A DNA stretch of 46,444 bases from Clostridiales bacterium (GCA_015056475.1 SVGF01000002.1:1-46444); one strand, 5' to 3'; shown: positions 9,640-19,525, counted from the stretch's first letter. Numbers and translations are program-made. The notes: generated by a model from the letters alone, not told the origin.

Positions 9640-10074
9640 ATGATTAATTTGATCATTGGCAAAAAAGGTACCGGTAAAACAAAGCGCATTATTAAGCTTG
9701 CTCAGGACGCGTTACTTCAGGCTACGGGGCAAGTCGTATTTATTGATGACGATAAAAGATGCATGTCCGAATTAAACTATAAGATCAGATTTATTAATAC
9801 TACTGAGTTTGCTCTTTCTACTGCTGACGACCTTTACGGCTTCATTGCAGGTATGATCGCAGGCAACTACGATACTCAGAAGGTATTTATTGACGGACTT
9901 TACAATATTACAGACCTTACCGATGCTACTATCGAAGGTTTCCTTGCAAAGCTTGATGCGATCTGCGCTAAGAACGACGTTGACGTTTACATAAACGTAA
10001 GCACAGTATCCGAAAACCTTTCCGACGGTGCTAAGAAGTACGTTTTTGAAGAGCTCACAGCTCCCCAGGAGTAA
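9640..10074 (+). CDS. Small (144 aa) stand-alone P-loop NTPase-like protein, function unknown
   Basis: Walker A GKKGTGKT at residues 7-14, Walker-B-like VVFIDDD, strong AAGGAGGA RBS. Confidence 0.75.
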   Translation: MINLIIGKKGTGKTKRIIKLAQDALLQATGQVVFIDDDKRCMSELNYKIRFINTTEFALSTADDLYGFIAGMIAGNYDTQKVFIDGLYNITDLTDATIEGFLAKLDAICAKNDVDVYINVSTVSENLSDGAKKYVFEELTAPQE

Positions 10075-10200
10075 TTGAACTCACATCTATTCATTACATC
10101 AAGAAAAAATAGGCGCATACTGTGAAAAACGTCACGGCGTGCGCCCTTATTCTTTTTGTTGTCGGTCTTTATGCCGCGGATATTATTATTTATAACGAAT

Positions 10201-10246
10201 AAAGCACTTATGACAACGAGAATTCGTTTATCACAAGTGCTTTTGT
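10201..10246 (-). terminator. Hairpin terminator downstream of the oxidoreductase gene
   Basis: 13-bp stem AAAGCACTTATGA / TCACAAGTGCTTT with one mismatch, immediately 3' of the stop at 10251 on the minus strand. Confidence 0.5.
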
Positions 10247-10250
10247 CATA

Positions 10251-11495
10251 TTACTTGTTGCATAATTCATCATTTGCCTGCAGCTGCTTTTCGGTTGGTG
10301 CATAATCCGTATGCGAGCACTGCCAAAGAGTGGGAGCTTTACCGTTTGAGTAAAAAGGAGTATCAAAATCATTTTCATACTGCATTCTGTACTCCTCGCT
10401 TGTAAAATCGGGGATATCGTACGGCTGACCGTTATTCAAAACAGATCTGTGAGCAAGTATCGCAACGGACGACATTGTTACAGCTGAATAAACGTCGTAA
10501 GGGTGCTCGGGCTGGACACCCCTTGTTGCGCACTCAACGAACATCCTCACGGTGAGGTAGTCGCCTCCACCGTGTCCGCTTCTTATGATGAGCTCCTCAT
10601 CCTTATCATTCCATTTGGGCTCGTAGTAATTGACCTCTTTTGCACCCTTGGGTATCTGCCAGCTGTTGTATCTCAGCATAATGTTCGAGTCCATACCCCT
10701 TAGGTTTTCTATCTGCCCATTGGTGCCGCAGACACGGTATGCATTGTGATGTCCTCCAAATGTGCTGCACGCTGTGACTCTGAATATAGAGCCATCGTCA
10801 TTCTGCGTGGTTATGATAGCCGCACGGTCTGCAGAACGTTTTGCCGTAGGCGCATCCTCGGGGTATTCTTCAAACGCGGCAAATGCGGTTACTCTTTTGG
10901 GAACAGCGCCGGTTATCCACATTAATGGTCCGAGTGAATGCGTGACGTAATACGTTGCGGGGAGGTAATTTCTCCAATGCTCACGGAAGTAAATATAATA
11001 TTGCTTAAAACCTGCATCATCCTCACTGATCGGGTGATTATATTCACCCTCAGCATAAAGTATCTTACCCAATGAGCCGCCGTCGCAAACTCTCCTCATT
11101 TCTCTGTTAAATATCATCTGGGGATAGTTTTCGCCTATCATATAAACGCTGTTGCTCTTTTCAAATGCTCTTATGAGTTCAACACCCTCGCCCATAGTGC
11201 CGTTGGCGAGGCATTCGCTGTAAACGTGCAGGTTCTTCTCAAAGCAACGTATTGCAAACTGCGCATGCTCATGAAAATAGTTTGCCAATACAACCGCATC
11301 CATATCGTGCTCTATAAAGGAATCAAAATCCTTATATATAGCGATGTCTAAGCCCAATTCCTTTTTTGCATTCTCGCGGCAGCATTCTCTTTGATCGCAT
11401 ACGGCAACCACGTCACAATTTGCAAACATAAAGGTTTGAGCGAGCTGTGAGCCTCTTGGTCCGTAGCCGAAAATACCCACTCTTAGCCTTTTCAT
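10251..11495 (-). CDS. Gfo/Idh/MocA family oxidoreductase
   Basis: N-terminal Rossmann motif MKRLRVGIFGYGPRGSQ; 414 aa, which fits the family size. Confidence 0.8.
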   Translation of the reverse strand: MKRLRVGIFGYGPRGSQLAQTFMFANCDVVAVCDQRECCRENAKKELGLDIAIYKDFDSFIEHDMDAVVLANYFHEHAQFAIRCFEKNLHVYSECLANGTMGEGVELIRAFEKSNSVYMIGENYPQMIFNREMRRVCDGGSLGKILYAEGEYNHPISEDDAGFKQYYIYFREHWRNYLPATYYVTHSLGPLMWITGAVPKRVTAFAAFEEYPEDAPTAKRSADRAAIITTQNDDGSIFRVTACSTFGGHHNAYRVCGTNGQIENLRGMDSNIMLRYNSWQIPKGAKEVNYYEPKWNDKDEELIIRSGHGGGDYLTVRMFVECATRGVQPEHPYDVYSAVTMSSVAILAHRSVLNNGQPYDIPDFTSEEYRMQYENDFDTPFYSNGKAPTLWQCSHTDYAPTEKQLQANDELCNK

Positions 11496-11508
11496 TATTA
11501 TCTCCGAA

Positions 11509-12375
11509 TCAAACAGGTATTATAAACAATGCAAGCATGCCTAAAAATGCAAACACGATCGATGCGAGCTCACGCTTGCTGGGCTTTCTGTCACCAAAAT
11601 AACATATCAAAGTTGAAACGATCATTACACCGCCCGTTATCAAAGGATACTGTACCGAGGAATCTACAAACGCAATGGCAATTACGAGCAAATAGTTAGC
11701 AAAATTATTTACTGCACCGTTGATAGCGCTGACTGCAGCAGCCTTGAACTTGAATCCTGCAACGTCCTTATTCCTTTTAAGCGCATATACAAGCCATATC
11801 ACGCCCGAAATGGCAACCGTACAAATTGCTATCCATATTGAATAGCCCGCTTCACTTGTCTTTTCGTAAGGAAGCTCATTAAAAAGCTTTGTGAATACAC
11901 CCGAAAGACCGTTCATTATAAATATAGCTATGTAATATAAATAGCCCTTTTTGTTTTCGCCCTTAGTTACGGTGAGAGCAAGTGCTACCACAATGAATAC
12001 AACGCAAACAGCCTTTGCAAGCGTAAACGGTTCATCATAAAAGAATATTCCCTGAAGAAAAGGAAGCACCATTCCGCCCAGCATCAAAAAGAGTGAGTAC
12101 AGCGAAAGGTTGATCCTATCCAATGCCTTAAAGCCGCAATACGTGAGCGCAACGCTGTTTATTGCCGCTATAAGACCCATGATGAGTGTAAAATTGGTAT
12201 ACTCGACCTTAAAGCCGCTCGTTGCAAAAAGAATTATGATTCCTGCAATTCCGCCCACACAAGCAGACTCCATGCTGACTGCAAGTGAGCTGCCCCTCAT
12301 TTTTCTGAAAACGTCCTGCAATGCAAAGCATCCGCCAAACATTACTACGGATAACATGATCAATGCGTAATACAT
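11509..12375 (-). CDS. DMT-superfamily (EamA-like) transporter, about 10 TM
   Basis: 288 aa, hydrophobic throughout with two-fold internal organisation. It sits 13 nt upstream of the oxidoreductase gene. Confidence 0.65.
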   Translation of the reverse strand: MYYALIMLSVVMFGGCFALQDVFRKMRGSSLAVSMESACVGGIAGIIILFATSGFKVEYTNFTLIMGLIAAINSVALTYCGFKALDRINLSLYSLFLMLGGMVLPFLQGIFFYDEPFTLAKAVCVVFIVVALALTVTKGENKKGYLYYIAIFIMNGLSGVFTKLFNELPYEKTSEAGYSIWIAICTVAISGVIWLVYALKRNKDVAGFKFKAAAVSAINGAVNNFANYLLVIAIAFVDSSVQYPLITGGVMIVSTLICYFGDRKPSKRELASIVFAFLGMLALFIIPV

Positions 12376-12529
12376 AAAAATCTCCTATTATAATAATATG
12401 CTATTAGTATATCACTAATTATGGTTTCACGCAATAGAAAAATTTCATAAATATATCGAAAATAGTTATTTTATGCTTGATTTTAGTATAATAATATGTT
12501 ATACTACTAAAAAATATCGGAGCTGTAAT

Positions 12530-13333
12530 ATGACTACAAACAATATGTGCAAATTTCCACCCATGCCCATGCTTTACAATGGGCTTACCGTGCCGTGCTT
12601 TGTAAAGGAAACGGACTACATTACAATGGTAACGCCTTTTACGTTAAGGTCCCACAGAATGATGCTTTGCGTGCGCGGTGAGGGTATATTCAATATTGAC
12701 GGTAACGAGATCGAATTCCGTTCAGGCTCGCTTATATTCGGCTTTGTTCACGAAACGATGTTTTTGGCAAAGGGGCAGGATATAACGTATTTATATATAG
12801 ACTATTTTGGTGCAAGGGCGGATGATCTTTTGCGCAGATTCAACGTAACAAAGCAAAACAGATCCTTCAACAATTTTGACGGACTTATCCCATTATGGCA
12901 GGAGAATCTTTCGCGAGCATCAGCAGATACTATTGACCTTGATGCAGAAAGCACATTGCTTCACAGCTTTTCAAGGCTTGCGGGCAATACCTCAAAGCAA
13001 AACGACGTTATAAGCAAGATATGCACAATAACGGAAGAGAGCTTTGCAAATTCATCATTGTCACTTGCGACCATTGCCACGACATTGTCGTACAATCCCA
13101 AATATCTTTCACATATTTTTAAGCAAAAGATGGGAGTGAGCTATTCCGAATACCTTTGCACGGTAAGGATAAGATACGCAACATCGCTATTTGATCACGG
13201 GCTTGATTCAGTAAAGAACGTGGCGTTGCTTTCGGGATTTTCGGACCCTTTGTATTTTTCAAGCGTATTCAAAAAGAATATTGGCTTGTCACCAAGGGAA
13301 TATATTGCATCGGTGATGAAGGAAAATAAATAA
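12530..13333 (+). CDS. AraC-family transcriptional regulator, divergent from the transporter/oxidoreductase pair
   Basis: C-terminal double HTH: ...YNPKYLSHIFKQKMGVSYSEYLCTVRIRYATSLF...VALLSGFSDPLYFSSVFKKNIGLSPREY. Start chosen at ATG 12530 (MTTNNM...). Confidence 0.85.
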   Translation: MTTNNMCKFPPMPMLYNGLTVPCFVKETDYITMVTPFTLRSHRMMLCVRGEGIFNIDGNEIEFRSGSLIFGFVHETMFLAKGQDITYLYIDYFGARADDLLRRFNVTKQNRSFNNFDGLIPLWQENLSRASADTIDLDAESTLLHSFSRLAGNTSKQNDVISKICTITEESFANSSLSLATIATTLSYNPKYLSHIFKQKMGVSYSEYLCTVRIRYATSLFDHGLDSVKNVALLSGFSDPLYFSSVFKKNIGLSPREYIASVMKENK

Positions 13334-13344
13334 TAGAGCAAAAA

Positions 13345-13375
13345 ATCACCCTCTCGATTTTTTCGGGAGGGTGAT
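13345..13375. terminator. Bidirectional terminator between araC-like (+) and lipase-like (-) genes
   Basis: 9-bp stem ATCACCCTC / GAGGGTGAT with a T-rich loop, flanked by A-run and T-run sequences. Confidence 0.7.
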
Positions 13376-13414
13376 ACATTTTAACTATCAAATGATGCCG
13401 TTTCTATCTATTGG

Positions 13415-14743
13415 TTAAAGTCCTCTATCTTTAAGATCGCTGACAAGCTCAACGTAAAAGGCACGAACGTCAAAATCGCGAATATTTTCTCTACTGAGGT
13501 CTATAACGTCACAGTGAGAAATGCCGCGAGTTCCTTTTGAACGCAGAAGAACGTATTTTTCTCCCCAGGCAAATGAGTTTTCGCCAACAAGACCGTCGTT
13601 TTCACCGTCAAAATTCTTGACGTAACGATATGAAAGGTTGAGCGGAAATTGTCCCTTGTGCGGATGCTCCATTACCGAACCTATGCTTTGTGCAAATATA
13701 CCCTCGGGAAAAGTAAGCTGTTCATTCAGCTTTTGGCAAGCCTCGGCTGTCAGATCACCTACTGCCGCCAAAAAATCGGGCTGCTCATCTCCGAGTGCGG
13801 TGAGTGTGGTATTATACACCGTTGCAACCTTGTTCTTTACGGATTCGGGGATCACATCCAAAAGCCTTTCCGCAAAAAGGCATCCTCTGTGAGGAGTATT
13901 GACAGTCGTTATAGAGGCAACGTACGGGGCAAGCCCAAATTCCGAGATCGCATATCTGCAGTCAAGCCCGCCCTTTGAATGTGCAATTATGTTGACCTTC
14001 TCGCATTCGGAACGTTCCACAATGAGCTTGATCCTGTATGCAAGTTCCCTTGCGCTTTCTTTTACTGTCAAAGCGGATTGATGCTCGCCATAATAGACGG
14101 TTGCGCCGTGTAATTTAAGCGTGCGAGGAATTCTGCCCCAATAGTTAAACAGATTACTGTCACGGAAAAATACGCCGTGAACAAAAACAAGCGGATACTT
14201 GGTCTTGCATATTTGGGAAAGCTCGGGAGCGTTTGAAACGATCTCCTTTTCTATCTCAAAATCCATCTCGTCCGACGTGACGTTTATAATTTTGGTAAGC
14301 ACAACGAGGTTGAGTATCGGTATCATGCCGCACAATGCGCCTATCACGCGCCACTTGATACCCATTTGCGTTGACGTGCAGTAAACACAAATGATTCCAT
14401 TCCAAAAAAGAACAGCAGAAGCCACAATGCAATAAACCAAGCTCCATATCAGATCCATGTACGCATTGGGAATTGTAATAAAGGCCAATACAGCATGCCA
14501 TATAATTGACGGTATCAACGAGCAAACAAATATTGCAAGCAGCAAAGTTCCGTGGTTGCATAATTTAAGGCGCAGTCTTTTTGTTCCTGCAGGCTTTGTT
14601 CCCACCAATGCATTTAACAGAATAAAAAGCGGAATTATAATAAAAAGCGTGTAAGGGAAAGCCTTTACCAACATATAGCTGTTGAGCAGTAAGCACGTTA
14701 CAATGAAATAAACAACGTTGATCGGAGCTATATATCTTTTCAT
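13415..14743 (-). CDS. Membrane-anchored alpha/beta-hydrolase (lipase/esterase-like)
   Basis: The N-terminal ~165 aa contain several TM helices. The C-terminal domain has the nucleophile elbow AHSKGG (G-x-S-x-G type) and PLVFVHG. Confidence 0.7.
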   Translation of the reverse strand: MKRYIAPINVVYFIVTCLLLNSYMLVKAFPYTLFIIIPLFILLNALVGTKPAGTKRLRLKLCNHGTLLLAIFVCSLIPSIIWHAVLAFITIPNAYMDLIWSLVYCIVASAVLFWNGIICVYCTSTQMGIKWRVIGALCGMIPILNLVVLTKIINVTSDEMDFEIEKEIVSNAPELSQICKTKYPLVFVHGVFFRDSNLFNYWGRIPRTLKLHGATVYYGEHQSALTVKESARELAYRIKLIVERSECEKVNIIAHSKGGLDCRYAISEFGLAPYVASITTVNTPHRGCLFAERLLDVIPESVKNKVATVYNTTLTALGDEQPDFLAAVGDLTAEACQKLNEQLTFPEGIFAQSIGSVMEHPHKGQFPLNLSYRYVKNFDGENDGLVGENSFAWGEKYVLLRSKGTRGISHCDVIDLSRENIRDFDVRAFYVELVSDLKDRGL

Positions 14744-14836
14744 AATAATACCATCCTTTCTTATATTCCGCGGCGTGCAGCAGATTCCATTAAAGCGCTT
14801 TTGTATACAAAGCCTTTACTGATGAGCCTTTTTAGA

Positions 14837-15856
14837 TCACAGCCTCACCAAATTAAACGATGCCGCCCTTATCAATCTGTTATAGACCGCAAGCGAAACG
14901 CCGTCCTTTTTGGGGCAACGGGCGTATACAGTTTTTGCTCCTTGTTTATCAAGCTCTCTCAATGCCGAGAAAAGCTTATGCGCTTGCGCCGCGCCGTCGT
15001 CTTGTGCGCCATATGAAATGCAGGGCGCGTTGATAAGTGATTCCTCGCCGTCAAAGCAGAGTGCAAACACTCCGTCTGCTTTGTTTTTGTTTACGTATTC
15101 AATAAATGAATCTATATCACCCTCAAGAATTGTGATATCAGCCTTTGGAGCGTAGTGCTTATACTTCATGCCCGGCGAGCGAGCTGTCTGCCCCTCCTTG
15201 AGCTTATCCAATATTGCGGAGGATACCTTAACGGGCTTGCCGAGAACCTCCTCCATATCCTCTTTTGTAACGTATCCGGGGCGCAAAAGCACGGGAATAT
15301 CCTCAAGCAACGATACGACTGTGGATTCCACACCGCAAAAGCAATCTCCGCCGTCAATGATCAAGGGGAGTCTGCCGTCCATATCCGCAAAAACGTCCTC
15401 AGCTGATGTGGGGCTCGGCTTTCCGCTCAGGTTTGCACTCGGTGCGCCAAGCGGAATACCGCTTTCCTTTATTATTGCGTGCGCCACAGGGTCGCTGGGC
15501 ATTCTTACGCCTACGCTATCAAGCCCCGCGCAGTTTTCGGGGGATATTTTGTCACCCTTTGGAAGGATTATAGTCAACGGACCCGGCCAAAATGCATCTG
15601 CAAGCTTTAAGGCGTCGTCATTAACGCTTGCAACGACTTCATAAAGCATATCCATATCGGATATATGCACTATAAGTGGGTTATCCTGCGGACGCCCCTT
15701 TGCCTCAAATATTTTTTTGATAGCCTCGCCATTTGTGGCGTCCCCTGCAATTCCGTAAACCGTTTCAGTAGGAATTGCAACTATATTGCCCTCGCGAAGA
15801 AGCTTTGCTGCAAGGCTGATGCTTTCGGCGTCGGGCTTTTTAAGTAAAGTGTTCAT
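14837..15856 (-). CDS. tsaC: L-threonylcarbamoyladenylate synthase (Sua5/YwlC long form)
   Basis: YrdC-domain motifs PTETVYGIAGDA and KGRPQDNPLIVH, plus a C-terminal Sua5 domain; 339 aa. Confidence 0.9.
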   Translation of the reverse strand: MNTLLKKPDAESISLAAKLLREGNIVAIPTETVYGIAGDATNGEAIKKIFEAKGRPQDNPLIVHISDMDMLYEVVASVNDDALKLADAFWPGPLTIILPKGDKISPENCAGLDSVGVRMPSDPVAHAIIKESGIPLGAPSANLSGKPSPTSAEDVFADMDGRLPLIIDGGDCFCGVESTVVSLLEDIPVLLRPGYVTKEDMEEVLGKPVKVSSAILDKLKEGQTARSPGMKYKHYAPKADITILEGDIDSFIEYVNKNKADGVFALCFDGEESLINAPCISYGAQDDGAAQAHKLFSALRELDKQGAKTVYARCPKKDGVSLAVYNRLIRAASFNLVRL

Positions 15857-15871
15857 ATTTTTGTCCTTTTA

Positions 15872-16402
15872 TTAAAGCTTGACCGTAATTGCGCTGTGTC
15901 CTGTTGACTGAGCCAATTTCAAAACGTCTGAAACCTTAAGTCTTATCGTGCTTGTGTTTACGCAGGGGTGAATGCCCACGTATTCTGATGAAATTACATC
16001 CTCGTCTATCAAAAGCTGTACCGCGCACTCATTATCGTTAATAAGCCCCGCCATGCTGACCGATCCCGGAGTGATATCGAGATATTTAAGCGCATACTCA
16101 GGCTCTGCAAACGATAATCTTGAGCTGTTTATCTGCTTAGAAAGGTCCTTTGTCTTAAAGGGTTTATCCCCGGGCATTGCAAGCAGATAGAATTTTGTGC
16201 GCTGTGAATTCGTCAAAAAGAGATTCTTGCACACGGGAGCTCCAAGTGCATCACCTATAGCAATGCAATCCTCCATAGTGTCCGCAGGTGCATGGTCAAC
16301 TCTGGTATATTCTATATTCAACGAAGCCAGAGCCTCGTAAACCTTCTTTTCTTTTGGTAAGCGCGCATCAATATTATCAGGCGCGCCGTTAAATACTTCC
16401 AT
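15872..16402 (-). CDS. YbaK/ProX-type aminoacyl-tRNA editing domain protein
   Basis: 176 aa; ...KNLFLTNSQRTKFYLLAMPGDK...GSVS..G pattern typical of prolyl-tRNA-synthetase-associated trans-editing proteins. Confidence 0.7.
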   Translation of the reverse strand: MEVFNGAPDNIDARLPKEKKVYEALASLNIEYTRVDHAPADTMEDCIAIGDALGAPVCKNLFLTNSQRTKFYLLAMPGDKPFKTKDLSKQINSSRLSFAEPEYALKYLDITPGSVSMAGLINDNECAVQLLIDEDVISSEYVGIHPCVNTSTIRLKVSDVLKLAQSTGHSAITVKL

Positions 16403-16521
16403 TTGGGTACTTCCTTTACATTATTTATACATTATATTTTAACTTAAAATCAATCTTTTGTCAATAGACGTAAAACTTGTTATTTACGTTGGTATTGCAC
16501 TCATTATTTTATGTGGATATG

Positions 16522-16719
16522 TCATTTTCTGCCGACGAGATAATCTAAAGACACGTTATAGTAGTCTGCAAGCTTGATGGCTGCCCATAACGGCATTTCC
16601 CGCTCTCCTACCTCGTAACGCCTGTATACGGTTAATTGCATATTCAATAACTCTGCAATTTCTTTCTGTGTTTTGTCGTGATCTTCACGTAAGTCGCGTA
16701 TGCGTCTGTATACGAACAT
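16522..16719 (-). CDS. Small XRE-family HTH transcriptional regulator
   Basis: 65 aa: IRDLREDHDKTQKEIAELLNMQLTVYRRYEVGEREMPLWAAIKLADYYNVSLDYLVG. Confidence 0.8.
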   Translation of the reverse strand: MFVYRRIRDLREDHDKTQKEIAELLNMQLTVYRRYEVGEREMPLWAAIKLADYYNVSLDYLVGRK

Positions 16720-16748
16720 AAAAACCTCCGGTATAATTTATTTATATT

Positions 16749-17678
16749 TCAAGCGTCGGGCAACACGCACTTCAGAACCCTTAAATAATTTGCGTAGCAT
16801 ATCGCTTTAACGTCGTCCTCGGAATAATTCAATTTAAGCAATCGGTTTGGAATCTTCTGCAGCTCGCCTGCACCCTCCAGACCCTTTGGCAGATTGCCGT
16901 CAACACCGTCAAAATCAGACCCAATGGCAATATGATCTGTACCGATGAGTGACGCAATGTACTCAATATGACGTATAACGTCATCGAGCGTAGCAATTCC
17001 TTCATCATTAAGAAACGGCGGATAAAAATTCATGCCAACTATACCGTTTGCTTTTGCAATGGCACAAAGCTGGTCGTCGTTAAGATTTCGCTTATGGTGG
17101 CACAACGAATACGCGTTTGAATGGGTTGCAACAAACGGAGATTCCATCATTTCCGCAACGTCCCAAAAGCCTTTATTGGATATATGTGAAACGTCAATAA
17201 GTATTCCTTTTTGGTTGCAACGGGATACGAGTGCTTTTCCGCTTTCGCTCAAGCCCTCTTTATCATCGCCTATGCCGCCGCAAAACGGGTTTGAATTATT
17301 CCACGTGAGAGTCAATATCCTCAAGCCCATATCAAAATATCTGTCAACTGCATCAACATCACCGCAAAGCAAGTCCGCGCCCTCAAAAGCAAGCAATGCA
17401 CCCATTGCTTTGCCGCAAATAACGTCGTTGAGGTCGGATACCGTAAGTATTTTTTTGAGTCTTCCGTGCGAAGTGATATCATTGTAGCGCTGTATCATTT
17501 TGTTTGCGCGATCAATATAACCGTTCTTTGTGGCGGGCGAACACACTGCAAACGTTTCAAGCGCAACCTTGCCCTCAACAAGTGCCGAATATGGTGCATT
17601 CAAAGAGTTATCTGTATAAAAGGTATCCTTATCTTTGAGCAATGCGAGCGTATCACAATGGCAATCGAATATTATCAT
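16749..17678 (-). CDS. Dipeptidase, peptidase family M19
   Basis: MIIFDCHCDTL (H-x-D metal site), ...VSHIS..., ...GSDFDG; 309 aa. Confidence 0.8.
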   Translation of the reverse strand: MIIFDCHCDTLALLKDKDTFYTDNSLNAPYSALVEGKVALETFAVCSPATKNGYIDRANKMIQRYNDITSHGRLKKILTVSDLNDVICGKAMGALLAFEGADLLCGDVDAVDRYFDMGLRILTLTWNNSNPFCGGIGDDKEGLSESGKALVSRCNQKGILIDVSHISNKGFWDVAEMMESPFVATHSNAYSLCHHKRNLNDDQLCAIAKANGIVGMNFYPPFLNDEGIATLDDVIRHIEYIASLIGTDHIAIGSDFDGVDGNLPKGLEGAGELQKIPNRLLKLNYSEDDVKAICYANYLRVLKCVLPDA

Positions 17679-17747
17679 TTTGTCACCTCCGTTACAGAGT
17701 ATTCTGTATGTATCAAATTGCCCGCGCTTTATAGCACGGGCAAAAAA

Positions 17748-18518
17748 TTACTTTTTGTTTTTATCAGCTATGACCTTGAGTCCTTTTAATGTAAGATTCT
17801 TGTCATAAATGTCTATGCACTTTGTTTCGCTTGCGATTATGTTGCCAAAGCCGCCCGTTGCTATTACCTTCATATCGGGTATGCCCATTTCCTCTTTAAT
17901 TTTTGAAACGATGTACTCCACCTGACCGATGTAGCCGTAAACGATACCTGCCTGCATACATTCAACGGTATTGGACGTAAGTATTGATTCGGGCTTTTTG
18001 AGAGTGATCTGAGGAAGCTGTGCCGCCTTTGACGAGAGAGCCTCAGTCATGATGCCAACACCGGGGGAGATCACACAGGCGATGAATTCACCCTTTTCGG
18101 TAATGACCTCGTACTTTGTAGCCGTGCCGAAATCAACAACGATGCACGGACCGCCGTAAAAATGATTTGCGCCCGCAACGTCCGCAATAAGGTCCGCGCC
18201 CGTTTCTTTGGGGTTATCGGTCTTTATGCAAACACCGGTCTTGATTCCGGGAGCAACCACTATCGGATCTGTGCCGATATAGTTTTTAATTGCATTACAC
18301 AACGAGTACATAATATTAGGTACAACTGACGATACGATCGTGCGCGAGATATCCTCTATCTTAACACCCTTTGCCATCAGCATTGTGGTTATTGAAATGC
18401 CGTATTCGTCGGTGGTCTTTTTTGTACCGGTCGTCATTCTGCAGCTTACAACAAGCTCATCATTCTTGAATACGCCCATTTTTATCTGAGTATTACCTAT
18501 ATCAAAAACAAGAAGCAT
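17748..18518 (-). CDS. coaX: Type III pantothenate kinase
   Basis: MLLVFDIGNTQIKMG..., ...VDFGTATK..., ...ATGG. Start at ATG 18518 with GGAGG 7 nt upstream; the track's upstream GTG was rejected. Confidence 0.85.
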   Translation of the reverse strand: MLLVFDIGNTQIKMGVFKNDELVVSCRMTTGTKKTTDEYGISITTMLMAKGVKIEDISRTIVSSVVPNIMYSLCNAIKNYIGTDPIVVAPGIKTGVCIKTDNPKETGADLIADVAGANHFYGGPCIVVDFGTATKYEVITEKGEFIACVISPGVGIMTEALSSKAAQLPQITLKKPESILTSNTVECMQAGIVYGYIGQVEYIVSKIKEEMGIPDMKVIATGGFGNIIASETKCIDIYDKNLTLKGLKVIADKNKK

Positions 18519-18591
18519 AATTCTTCCTCCATATCTCACTTTAAGATAAGCCTTTGCTTAATTCGGCAAAGGCTTACTATATACTACGTAA

Positions 18592-19191
18592 TTATTTTGC
18601 TTTTTTCTTAATGTTGAGCAATCTTACAACAACGGGCGCCATAACAGCATTTGTACCCAACTCAAACAAGAAATTTGCAACCGCAAAGCCTACAAATACA
18701 GCCATACCTGTTTCGGGGCTACCTGCGATCTCGGCAATTGCCTCAACGTCGTCAAGGAAAAACACCGCGCTACCCAAAAGGAATATACCCGTATTAACTA
18801 TGGGGCAGGAAATTGCCGCTAATATAACTGCAAGCCAGTTGTTGACCTTTGCAAGCAATTTATATACCCAACCCGATACCCAACCGCACATGATACCCTT
18901 TACCAATACTGTGGCAAAAGTACCGAATATGCTGAAAGGCATAAACAATGCGGCACCACCGCTCATGATGACTACCAAGCCAAACACAAAGCCGAGCCAT
19001 GCGCCCACAGCGGGTCCGCACATAACTGCACCGATAACTATCGGTATCAAGCCTACTGCTGTGGAGAAGGGTCCAAAAAAAGCAGTGTACGTTGCCAAAA
19101 GCTGCAATATAATTACAAATGCAGTCATGATAGCTCCAAGCACCATAGTCTCGGTCTTCATAGCCTTTTGGTTTGTTGTTTTGTTAAACAT
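18592..19191 (-). CDS. ECF-transporter S-component-like membrane protein (possibly pantothenate-specific, PanT)
   Basis: About 6 TM with a GP..G..lG motif (MCGPAVGAWLGFVFG). Start at ATG 19191 with AAGGAGG. It is adjacent to coaX, a known association for PanT. Substrate assignment is inference only. Confidence 0.6.
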   Translation of the reverse strand: MFNKTTNQKAMKTETMVLGAIMTAFVIILQLLATYTAFFGPFSTAVGLIPIVIGAVMCGPAVGAWLGFVFGLVVIMSGGAALFMPFSIFGTFATVLVKGIMCGWVSGWVYKLLAKVNNWLAVILAAISCPIVNTGIFLLGSAVFFLDDVEAIAEIAGSPETGMAVFVGFAVANFLFELGTNAVMAPVVVRLLNIKKKAK

Positions 19192-19409
19192 AAATCCTCC
19201 TTGCTGTCGTCCGCTAAAAGCGGTACAACGCACATAAAATATTTATTATCCCCCAAAAGGGAAACTTACAACAAAATATAAATTTTCGTCACACACTTAT
19301 GACGGTATAATTATACACTCCAATCTCATTTTTGTCAATACCTTGCGAAAAAATTTGGTTTTTTTCAGCTCAAAAAGTGAATTTTGTTTATCTTTGCTCA
19401 AAAAACATC

Positions 19410-19438
19410 TTTACAAATACTTGCATTTGTGGTATAAT
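19410..19438 (+). promoter_or_regulatory. rpsO promoter
   Basis: TTTACA (19410-19415), 17-nt spacer, TGgTATAAT (-10 at 19433-19438). This leaves a leader of about 80 nt before ATG 19526. Confidence 0.65.
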
Positions 19439-19525
19439 ATTGGCGTTGCCCGTTTCTCGGTCGTTTGAGTACTCCGACGGCGGCTGTGAGCGAGGCGTAT
19501 TATTTTTTTATGGAGGTATCCGCAA

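Noticed and set aside
8995-9689. 165-aa and 101-aa minus-strand ORFs opposite the XRE-TM gene and the repeat region
   Set aside because: They have no RBS. They overlap a well-supported HTH gene and its downstream promoter, and their basic, low-complexity translations are typical of antisense frames.
10251-13333. AraC regulator, DMT transporter and Gfo/Idh/MocA oxidoreductase as a candidate novel system
   Set aside because: This is a common small sugar or polyol utilisation layout. Nothing in the sequence sets it apart.
18554-19237. 227-aa plus-strand ORF overlapping the ECF S-component gene
   Set aside because: It is the antisense shadow of a hydrophobic membrane gene. Its composition is low-complexity (P/T/A/N-rich) and it has no RBS. 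The minus-strand frame has AAGGAGG plus ATG and a coherent TM pattern.
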